Source: Okamejei kenojei (taxonomy: Eukaryota). Taken from it: a stretch of 64,000 bases of DNA. The position numbers were made by a program, and so were the translations under genes. Below the pieces are notes generated by a model. The model was not told the DNA's origin and searched no databases. It saw only the letters and a program-made list of their open reading frames with translations. This document shows positions 11,896 to 23,800 of this stretch, piece after piece (within the stretch, counting starts at the first letter, position 1; each line of letters begins with the position of its first letter). The stretch lies in assembly GCA_035221665.1 (NCBI GenBank), contig CM069160.1, positions 8,432,001 through 8,496,000 of the forward strand, in the 5' to 3' direction.

Positions 11896-14800
11896 CTAAG
11901 ATAGAAAGTAACAAGGTGAGCGGAAATTCCAGGCAAGATTTGTGATAGGACAGCGCAGTGGGTGGACCTGCTGCCGCACAGCGACAGCGACCCAGGTTCG
12001 CTCCTGACCCCGGGTGCTGCTGGCGTGGAGTTTGCACGTTCTCCCTGTGACCACGTGGGTTTCCTCCGGCTGCCCTGGTTTCCTCCCACATCCCGAAGGC
12101 GTGTAGGTTTACTGGCCCTAGTGTCAGGTCGTGGGTGCAAAAGTGGGGTGACGTAGAACTAGCGTAAACGCGTGCACGATGGTTGGTGTGGACCCGGTGG
12201 GCTGAAGGGCCAGTTTCCATGCTGGATCCCAAAACTAAACACCATCCGACGTCCTTCTCTCTCCCCACCACCACATGCCCAACCCTCCTCACATAAGTCA
12301 AGTCAGGTCAAGTCACATTTATTTATATAGCACATTTAAAAAAAACTCTCGTTGACCAAAGTGCTTTACATTTGTTATAAGAGTAGTATACACAAGCAGG
12401 CTACGTACATATATACATATAGCCCTCGCTCAGAGGACGTCAGGGAGAACAGATACGTTTTTAGACTGGATTTAAAGAAGTCGATGGAGGGGGCAGTTCT
12501 AATGGGGAGGGGGATGCTGCTCCACAGTCTAGGAGCTGCGACCGCAAAGGCGCGATCGCCCCTGAGTTAATGCCTGGACCGCGGGACATTCAGCAACCCC
12601 AAAGTCGGCCGACCTGAGGTGGTGTAGTGGGTGAGAAGACTTTTAATGTAGGTGGGTGCAAGCCCACTGAGGGTTTGTAGACAAAGAGGAGGCTCTTGAA
12701 AATTAATTCGGAACCGCACAGGGAGCCAGTGGAGAGAGGCCAGGATCGGGGCGATGTGGTCCCTTTTTCGGGTGCCCGTCAGGAGTCTCGCTGCAGCATT
12801 TTGGACCAGTTGCAGGCGGGACGGGGAAGATTGGCTGATGCCACTGTAGAGGGAGTTAATCCAGGCGGGAGGAGATAAATGTATGGATGATCTTTCCGGG
12901 GGGGGGGGTGGGGGGGGTGACTGCCTAGAACAAACTGCCAAGGTGGTTGAAGCAGATAGGAAAGTGCCATTTCAAAGACTTTTGGATAGGTATATGGATA
13001 CGATGGGAATAGAGGGATATAACCATATAATAACCATATAACAATTACAGCACGGAAACAGGCCCTCTCGGCCCTTCCAGTCCGTGCCGACCATTTGTTT
13101 TCCCCTAGTCCCATCTACCTGCACTCAGACCATACCCCTCCATTCCCTTCACGTCCATATACCTATCCACTTTATTCTTAAATGTTAAAATCGATGCCGC
13201 CTCCACCACTTCTGCTGGAAGCTCATTCCACACAGCCACCACCCTCTGAGTAAAGAAGTTCCCCCTCACGTTACCCCGAAACCTCTGTCCCTTAATTCTC
13301 ATGTCATGCCCTCTTGTTTGAATCTTCCCTACCCTCAATGGGAAAAACATATCCACGTCAACTCTGTCTATCCCTTTCATCATTTTAAAGACCTCAATCA
13401 AGTCCCCCCTTAACCTTCTGCGCTCCAAAGAATAAAGACCTAACTTGTTCAACCTTTCTCTGTAACATAGTTGCTGGAACCCTGGCAACATTCTAGTAAA
13501 TCTCCTCTGTACTCTCTCTATTTTGTTGACATCCTTCCTATAACTAGGCGACCAAAATTGTACACATGACGCCATCCCTTAACTGCCTGCCCATAATCCA
13601 TAATATGGATTATGGGCAGGCAGTTAAGGGATGGCGTCATGTTCGGCATAGACATTGTGGGCTGAAGGGCTCATTCATGTGCTGTACTGTTCTATGTCCT
13701 ATGTTCCATTATTGTGATCCATGCTGGGAGCTGAATTTAGCACCAAGTCCTGCCCTGGTCCAACAAGCCCGTACAATGTCACTTACCTGATGCGGTAGAC
13801 TTGGTCTCACTGGATCCTAAAAAAAAATGAAAAGGCACAAGTCAGCTGCTGAGAAATGTCAAAAACACTGTCATAGGCTCCGCATCAAATGGCTTCCACA
13901 AGAACAAGCACATCATATTCTGGGAGGGTAAACCACAGCTGGAGATATTGGAGAGAGGGAGCGCTGCACTGAAGCATAGTGAACAGAGGGAGTGCTTCAC
14001 TGTTGGAATGAGGGAGTTGATTGAGTGCTGCATTGTTGCACAGAGAACCGAGGGAGCGCTGCACGGCTGCACAGAGAACGGAGTGAACCGAGGAGTACCA
14101 TACAACTGCCGGACGAGTCTGTGTTCCACGTGTATAAGGAGGGAGAGAGGTGGCAGCCCCTGTTCCAATACCTACAGTGGCTTGCAAAAGTTTTCATACC
14201 CCTTGAACTTTTCCACATTTTGTCACGTTACAACCACAAACGTAAATGTATTTTATTGGGATTTTATGTGATAGACCAACACAAAGTGGCGCATAAATGT
14301 GAAGTGGAAGGAAAATGATACATGGTTTTCACTTTTTTTTTTACAAATAAAAAACTGAAAAGCGTGGCGTGCAAAAGTATTCAGCCCCCTTTACTCTGAT
14401 ACCCCTAAATAAAATCCAGTGCAACCAATTGCCTTCAGAAGTCACCTAATTAGTAAATAGTGTCCACTTGTGTGTAATAACCATATAACCATATAACAAT
14501 TACAGCACGGAAACAGGCCCTCTCGGCCTTTCCAGTCCGTGCCGACCATTTGTTTTCCCCTAGTCCCATCTACCTGCACTCAGACCATACCCCTCCATTT
14601 CCTTCACGTCCATATACCTATCCACTTTACTCTTAAATGTTAAAATCGATCCTGCCTCCACCACTTCTGCTGGAAGCTCATTCCACACAGCCACCACCCT
14701 CTGAGTAAAGAAGTTCCCCCTCACGTTACCCCGAAACTTCTGTCCCTTAATTCTAATCTCAGTATAAATACAGCTGTTCTGTTAAGGCCTCAGACGTTTG

Positions 14801-17800
14801 TTAGAGAACATTAGTGAACAAACAGCATCATAAAGCCCAAGGAACACACCAGACAGGTCAGGGATAAAGTTGTGGAGAAGTTTAAAGCAGGGTTAGGTTA
14901 TAAAAAAAAATCCCAAGCTTTGAACATCTCACGGAGCACTGTTCAATCCATCATCCGAAAATGGAAAGAGTATGGCACAACTGCAAACCTACCAAGACAT
15001 GGCCGTCCACCTAAACTGACAGGCCGGGCAAGGAGAGCATTGATCAGAGAAGCAGCCAAGAGGCCCATGGTAACTCTGGAGGAACTGCAGAGATCCACAG
15101 CTCAGGTGGGAGAATCTGTCCACAGGACAACTATTAGTCGTGCACTCCACAAATTGGGCCTTTATGGAAGAGTGGCAAGAAGAAAGCCATTGTTGAAACA
15201 AAGCCATAAGAAGTCCCGTTTGCAGTTTGCCACAAGCCATGTGGGGGACACTGCAAACATGTGGAGGAAGGTGCTCTGGTCTGATGAGACCAAAATTGAA
15301 GTTTTTGGCCTAAATGCAAAATGCTATGTGTGGTGGAAAACTAACACTGCACATCACCCTGAACACACCATCCCCACTGTGAAACATGGTGGTGGCAGCA
15401 TCATGCTGTGGGGATGGTTTTCTTCAGCAGGGACAGGGAAGCTGGTCAGAGTTTGGTGGGAAGATGGATGGAGCCAAATACAGGGCAATCTTGGAAGAAA
15501 ACCTGTTAGAGTCTGCAAAAGACTTGAGACTGGGGCGGAGGTTCACCTTCCAGCAGGACAACGACCCTAAACATACAGCCAGATCTATAATGGAAAGGTT
15601 TAGATCAAAGCATATTCATGTGTTAGAATGGCCCAGTCAAAGACCAGACCTAAATCCAATTGAGAATCTCTGGCAAGACTTGAAAATTGCTGTTCACAGA
15701 CACTCTCCATCCAATCTGACTGAGCTTGAGCAATTTTGCAAAGAAGAATGGGCAAAAATTTCAGTCTCTAGATGTGCAAAGCTGGTAGAGACATACCCCA
15801 AAAGACTTGCAGCTGTAATTGCAGCGAAAGGTGGTTCTACAAAGTATTGACTCAGGGGGGCAGAATACTTTTGCAGCCACACTTTTCAGTTTTTTATTTG
15901 TAATAAAATTTGGAAACCATGTATCATTTTCCTTCCACTTCACAATTATGCACCACTTTGTGTTGGTCTATCACATAAAATCCCAATAAAATACATTTAT
16001 GTTTGTGGTTGTAACGTGACAAAATGTGGAAAAGTTCAAGGGATAGAAAACTTTTGCAAGCCACTGTGAAGCAGCTGCTCCTTGCCTTCTGGCTGCACTT
16101 CACACCCACCATCCTCATCTCTGGACACCCTGTGCACAGGTGAGAGGGTAGGGCCGAGGATGTCCTGGTTGGGTTGCTCCTGGGCCTGGCCAAGCTGGGC
16201 ATCCAAGAGTCAAGGCGTCAGGCGGAAGAGGGCTCTGCGCCTGGGTGGTTTTAGAAAGGGACTACGCACTGTCCACGAACGCCCTGGGGAATTTCCTGGC
16301 TTGCTGGGCACCGTGGGGGCATCCTAAATATGGCTGGTGATATTGTTGTTTCAGAATGTATTTGACATTTAAGAATATTTGTTTAGATAATTGGGTGATT
16401 TGTTGGTTTGTTTGGTCTTGCTTTGTATTGTATATTTTATTCTTGCAATCATTGATTAAATTTGTTACAAAAAAAAAAAGAGCACTTGACTGTGGGCATT
16501 CTAGCCCTCTACACCAGGGATCTGGGGCAGAGGGTACTGCCTGCATCGAGGAGTCACATGCAACCTGTTTCCATCCCGGTTCACAGACTTGCCTGCCGCC
16601 TGCTCCAATATCTAAAGGGGCTGCTTCTTGCCTTCTGGTGGCACCTCTCGCCCACCATCCTCGTCTTTGGACGCCCTGTGCATAGGGGAGGAGGAGGAGC
16701 CGAAGATGTTCTGGTTGGACATCTCCCGTGCCTGGCCAAGCTGACGATCTGCGAGTCACAGCGCCAGGCGGAAGAGGGCTGCCCGCCCCTTTTTCGGGGT
16801 TACGTCCATGCCCGGGTGGTACTGGAGAGGGACTGCGCACGGTGCATGGGCACCCTGGGGGATTTCCAGGACCGCTGGGCATCGCGGGGCGGGGGGGGGA
16901 TGAATGCATCCTTGACAAGGTTTGTAATACAATCATTTAATTTTCAGTATATTGAAGAATATTTGTTTTACTTTGTGCTGTGATGTTGGGTTTGTTGTTA
17001 TCGTTTTGTATTGTACATATTATTCTTGTAAATAATTGATTACAATTATTTTTTGGCGTAACAAAAAAAGCTCCATTTGCTTGCTCTGTGCCTCTTTGAT
17101 GGAGTATTGCTCATTTTCAATGCTCGTCTTCATTGCGTGTTTGGGGCTCAGTATATTGCAACAAAAAGAATCTTAACAGTCTGTGGCAGCACGGTGGTGC
17201 AGCGGGTAGAGCTGCTGTCTCACAGTGCCAGAGACCCCGGGTTCGATCCTGACCACGGGTGCAGTCTGTGTGTGCAGAGTTTGCACATTCTCCCTTTGAC
17301 CGCGTGGGTTTGATCTGCGTGCTCCGGTTTCCTCCCCCTTCCCAAAGATGTGCGGGTCTGTGGGTTAATAGTCCCCCCCCCCCCCCTCCCCAGTGTGAAG
17401 GGAGTAGATGAGAAACGGGATAACATAGAACTAGTGTGAACCAGTGATCGATGGTCAGCGTGGACCGAAAGGCCTGTTTCATTGGTGTATGTCTAAACTA
17501 AACCAAGTGCTTGAGGTTAGCAAATGCGAGCGGCTTGTCCCTGACTGTCGCATGTGAAACAGATCGTGCAATGTGGACTTACCTTTGCCAAAACAGCAGT
17601 TGTTTTTCACCACTCCTGAACCCTTCTTCCACAAGATGAAAACAACCCACAGTGTGCACAGTAACAGCAGGAAAGCCGGGACCGCTAGCCATATAAGAGC
17701 TCGGCCACCCTGGTCTAATTAAACAAGAAGTCATTGTAATATCAGCGGACGGGAACGATCAGTCAGCGCATAGTGCACCCAACCCTTACCCAGCGTCCCT

Positions 17801-20800
17801 TACCCAGAGGTGGCACAGTGGCGCAACTGGTAGAGTTGCCGCCTCACAGCACCAGAGACCCTGGTTCAATCCCGACCTCAGGACAAAGCCGAGCAAGTGA
17901 TGGGTGGATACAGGTGAAATGTGGTAGTGGGTTTGATTGGCGGATGGGTGGGCAAAGGACCACAGGGCGCAGTGAGCAGAGCTGCTGCCTCACGCCACCA
18001 GAGGCCCGGGTTCGATCCCGACCCCTGGCGCTGTCTGTGTGTGGAGTTGCACATTCTCCACGTGACCGCGTGGGTTTCCGCCGGTGCTCGGCTTTCCTCC
18101 CACATCCCAAGAAAGACGTGCGGGTTTGTAGGTTAATTGGCCCTCTGCAAATTGACCCTGGTATGTAGCGAGTGAATGAGAATACGAGATAACATAGAAC
18201 TATTGTCAACAGGTGAGCAGATGGTCAGCATGAATTCGTTGGGCCGAAGGGTCTGTTTCCGTGCTGTATCTCTACAGTAAACTAAATCCCACCCTCCTGC
18301 CCTCTCTCTGGATACACAATTAGCTTGATGGTAGGAAGCAGCTGAATATGGTGCAAGGTTGGCTTGTTTGGACTTGAGCCCAATGGTATGCGTCAGGGAT
18401 CGGTGCTGAGCCCTTTTCCCGAGTTTGATCTCTATTAACGATTTGGATGAAAATGTAGAGATATAATGGTGGAGTAACTCAGCGGGACAGACAGCATCTC
18501 TGGATAGAAGGAATAGGTGATGTTTCGGGTCGAGTCTGAAGAAGGGTTTCGACCCGAAACATCACACATTCCTTCTATCCCGAGATGCTCCCTGTCCAGC
18601 TGAGTTACTCAAGCATTTTGTGTCTATCTTCAGTTTAAACCAGCATCTGTAGTTCCTTCCTACACATTGGATGAGAATGTACGAGCCATGGCTAGTAAGT
18701 TTGCAGATGACACTAAAGTAGTTGGTATTCTAGGGTGGGAAGATGAATAGAGTCAGAGTCTTATAACATGGAAACAGGCCCATCAGCCCAATTTCCCAAT
18801 GCAGACCAACCCGCCCCATCACTCTAGCCCCACCTGCCTGCATTTGGCCCATATCCCTCTAAACCTGCCCTATCAATGTGCCTCTCTAAATGTTTCTTAA
18901 ACTTTGTGTTAGTGCCTGCCTCAACTACCTCCACCAGCAGCTCGTTCCATATGCCAACCACCCTTTGTGTAAAAAAAGTTGCCCCTCAGTTTTTTTCTAT
19001 TGCATTTTTAAAAATAATCTTTTGGATGGCGCAACATAACATAACCTTAGAAATTAAATGGTTTAGAACTGGGTTACGGATGGGCAAAAATATGAGATAG
19101 GTAGATCTCTCCTAATCTCTCTTTTCTTTTTACTTTTTCCTTTTCTTTCAATCTTTTAACTGCTCACCTCTGTCCTTTATTTTTTTTTGTTTTCTGTTTC
19201 TACTCGCTTGTCTATCTATTCTGACACTCTTTATTTCTTTTTTCTCTCACTGTTCGTTTATTATTGAACCAAAAGTATGAAGTTGTACAAGAATGATAAT
19301 ATGTATTTATGTATTAGGTTCTTAAGTACCAGACTACTGTACTTACTTCTAACAAAACTAAACAAACAAAAAAAAAAAAAATAATAATAATCTTTTGGTT
19401 ATCAAGAATTACAGTGCGATCTTAATCAGCTGGGCAGGTGGGCCGAGGAATGGCAAATGGAGTTTAATTCAGACAAGTCCGAGGACTTGCATTTTGAGGA
19501 GTCAAACAAGGGCAGCACTTTCACAGGTTAACAGTATGACCCCGAGGAGTGTGGTGGAGCACAGGGATCTAGGAGAAGGGATATACAGTTCCCTGAAAGT
19601 GGCATCAGAGGAACTGCAAGTGCTGATTTAAACCAAAGATAGACACAAAAAGCTGGAGTGACTCAGCGGGACAGGCAGCATCTCTAGAGAGAAGGAATGG
19701 GTGACGTTCATACCACGGGTATGAATTTTGATTTCTCTAACTTCAAGTAACCCCGGCATTCCCTCTGTCTCCATCCCTCCCCCACCCAAGTTGCACCAGC
19801 TTCTCGTTTTCACCCAACAAAGAGCTAACAATGGCCTGTTTCCTTTATGATTGTTACTTTTTTGCATATCTTTTGCTCATTTGTTCTATATCTCTCTACG
19901 TCATTGCCTATATCCCTCATTTCCCTTTCAAGTGACTCGTCTGAAGAAGGGACTAGACCCAAAAGTACACCCATTCCTTCTCTCCAGAGATGCTGCCTGT
20001 CCCGCTGAGTTACTCCAGGTTTTTGTGTATATCAGAGGTAGTCATGATGGTGAAGAAGGCTTTTGACTTTAATCTGTAAGGGCCTTTACTATGGAGGAAC
20101 TGCACATGCTGGTTTACAAAGAAAGAACTGTAGATTCTGGTTTACAAAAAAAAAGACACAAAGTATTGGATAACTGAATGGGTCAGGTAGCATCTCCGGA
20201 GAACAAGGAAAGGCGATGTTTTGGGTTGGGTCCCTTCGTCGGACTAGAAGACGGTTATGGTTGGGATCCATTCTCAGACTGAAAAAGAGCCCCAATCCGA
20301 AACGTCGCCTATCCATGTTCTCCAGAGATGCTGCCTGACCCGCTGTGTTACTCCAAAACTTAATGTGAAAACCAAAGAGCTGCAGATGCTGGTTTATACC
20401 AAAAATAGACACAACGTGCTGGACTAACTCAGGAGAAAAAGAATGGGTGACGTTGCGGGTCGGGCTACTTCAGTGTGGAAATGGGTCCCGACCCAAAATG
20501 TCACCTATCCATGTTCTCCGGAGATGCTGCCTGACCAACTGAGTTGCTTTAGCACTTTGCATCTTTCATTGAGTATGGAGGTTGGGACGTGTTGCTACAG
20601 TTGTACAAGTTGTTCTTCATCCATCTCTTACCCCAGTCAACAGTCATTCCTTCGGGCCTGCTGCTGTGCCACACGCGGCAGACGTGCTCCCGTCTCTCTG
20701 CAGGCTCCATCAGCAGAGAAAGCTTCATCTGGTAGGTGCCATCGTGGTTGGGTAGAACGCCAGAGTTTCTGTTCGCGGGGACAGGTTGCCCCTTGCGGAA

Positions 20801-23800
20801 CCAACTCATGTTGATGGCCTGCGGGAAAAAGCCAGTCGCCAGGCAATGGAGAGCGAGTTTCTGGCCATCGGGAGACCTCCCGGAGTAGACCCTCACATCT
20901 GGAACAGCTGAGAGAATAGAGAGAGAGAGAGAGACATGGAGATACAGGGAACCACAGACACTGGAATATTGAGTTAATATTGGAGAAGCCCGTTAGACTT
21001 TAGATATCCAGCGTGGTTACAGGCCCTTCCGCCCACTGAGTCCGCACCAACCAGCGATCAACACTAGCACTATCCTACACGCACTGGGGACAGTTTACAA
21101 TTTTTACCGAACCAATTAACCGATAAACCTGTACGTCTTTGGAGTGTGGGAGGACACTCGAGCACCTGGAGGAAACAGGAAGACGGTACCAAATGTATCC
21201 GTACATTCAGCACCCATAATCAGGATCAAACCTGGGTCTCTGGTGCTGTAATGGCCCTGTCCCACTTAGGAAACCTGAACGGAAACCTCGGGAGACTTTG
21301 CGCCCCACCCAAGGCTTCCGTGCGGTTCCTGGAGGTTTTTGTCAGTCTCCCTAATGGTCGAAAGTGGTTTCCATTTTAAAAATCGGTAATTTTTTTAGTC
21401 GAAGCCGGTTGCGATGCTAGTTGAAGGTGGTTGCCGGAGGACAAAAACCTCCGGGAACCGCACGGAAACCTTGGGTGGGGCGCAAAGTCTCCAGAGGTTT
21501 CCGTTCAGGTTTCCTAAGTGGGACAGGGGCATTAGGCAGCAACTCTACCGCTGTGCCACTGTGCTCGACAAACCCAGAGGGTCAGGCAGCATCTGTGGAG
21601 GACAATGGGCAGGAACACTCTCTGAACCACAATGCCCTCTGTCCATTCCCACCAGCGATGCTGCCTGTTGGAGCCATTAAGCTTGTCAGTATTATTATCA
21701 TCATGCCTGATATTTTTAGTTTTAGTTTGTAATCTGCCTGTACTTTTGTAGGTGGGATTTGATACATAGTTAGGGGTGTGTTGTTTTTGTTAGAGGCATC
21801 TGGCACAGACTCTCAGATTTGAAGTTTCAGTTTGGTGTCGGAGAATGAGGGGAAACAGTTTTCTGCCATGATCACACACATGTTACGAAACGACATACCT
21901 CTATAAGAAGCTTTTATGCGATTTAGATGATGTGAATGGAACAGCGATAAAGAGCAGAAAAGTTATGAGTTCTTTCTTTGTTTTGTATTACTTCAATAAA
22001 AAAGCAATTAATCAAGAAACGAGGTCTGGAAGATTAACCTTTGCTGTCTTATGTGTGTCGTGCGTGCGTTAGGCTGTACCTCAGAATCATCTCCGATAAT
22101 TAATGGCTATCGAAGTCGGACTTTGAGAACGTTGTAAAAAGTGCCATTGTACAGCCTAAACCACCGATGTTTGCTGCCTTACAGCGCCAGAGACCCGAGT
22201 TTGACCCCAACTACAGCAGAGATGCCAACCCTAAATTTAGTTCACAGTAACATTTAACCCATTTGTCCGTAACAAATGGGGTTAAATGCATTTCTCTCCG
22301 TACTCACCTGGGGTTGTTGCCGGCGGCTATGCGCCTGCGCACTGGTGCAGATCAGCGGGCTGCTGGCGGGCGGGTGCGGCACATGCGCACTTGGCAAGGT
22401 TGCCGGCGGGTCTGCGCCTGCGCACTGGGTGGGGGTGGGGGGGAGGCCCGGTGATGGGGCTGCCGCAAGAAAGTGCCGCTGATCGCGCGGGCCGGCGCCG
22501 CCCGGGCTCTGGGCCGGGCGTGGCGTGGCTCGAAATGGCGCCAGGCCCGGCAACCCTCCCCCACTGCGCATGCGCGGCCACTGGGGCCCGGCAACCCTCC
22601 CCCACTGCGCACGCGCGGCCACTGGGGCCCGGCAAAGTGCCGCTGATCGCGCGGGCTGGCAAACCGGGGACACATGGCGCCGGTGTTCACCACGGGAGGA
22701 ACACCGGCGCGGCGGTGTTCCGTAACAGCATGTTTGGCTGCCGGAACACCGTAAAAAGTTTATTTCGCCGGGATAAAATACGGCGAATCCGGGACACTTG
22801 GCATCTCTGCTACAGGCGCTGTACGTATGGAGTTTGTACGTTCTCCCCGTAACCTGCGTGAGTTTCCCCCAAGAGCTCCAGTTTCCTCCCACACTCCAAA
22901 GATGAACAGGTTTGTAGGTCAATTGGCTTGGTAAAATAGTATATTGTCCCGCTGGTCGGCACGGACTCAGTGGACCGAAGTGGCCCATTTCCTTGCTGTA
23001 TCTCCAATACTAGCCTAAAAACTGTGGAAGATAGTCATGGCCAGGGTCTCGAGTGCACAACCTGTGGAGGTCAACAGCGCAACAGATTGAGAGCTCCTGA
23101 GACCCTGGTTTGAACCTGACCCCATTGCTGCCTGCATGGAGTTTACAAATTCTCCCTGTGAGTCCATGGGTTGCCACCAGGTACTCCGGTTTCTTCCCAT
23201 ATCCTAAAATTAAGTGGCCAAATAGTCTCAAGTGTTAAGATGAGTGGTGGAATCTGGAGGAACAAGATGGGAATATGGGATTGGTGTAGAACATAGGATA
23301 GTACAGCATGGAAACAGGCCCTTTGGCCCGCTCTGTCTGTGCTGATCATCATGCCAATTTTAACTAATAACATCTGCCTGCACAGGGTTTGAATCCCTCC
23401 ATTCCTCTGTTCATTGTTGTTCGTGTGCCTGTCTAAATTTATTTTAAACATTGCTATCATGTTTATCTGGCAGCACATTCTTTGGACCAATCAGCTGTCT
23501 TGCAAATCTCCTTTTTGCTGACACCTCCTAATCCAGGCATCATTCTGGTAAACCTCTCCCGTAACCTGCGCAAAGCTCCCACTGCGGCACCTTCTCGCGG
23601 CCGAGCCACTTTGGTCACGAACCGTCGTTCGTCGAGCTCGAGCTCTTACGTGAACGCTGGTGATCGGCGCTGATCTGGGTGGTCAGCTGACAGGGTGCAA
23701 CAGACGATGGAGCCAGTCTTCCCTTGGCAGTGAACGCGTTAACACACTTTGCACTAATATTACACAGAGTTTAAATATTAAACTGATTGTTTATACAACA

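Noticed and set aside
22254-22988. Several long overlapping ORFs (up to 244 aa) on both strands
   Set aside because: They result from stop-codon scarcity in a GC-rich transposon with TIRs and TSD; no protein motifs.
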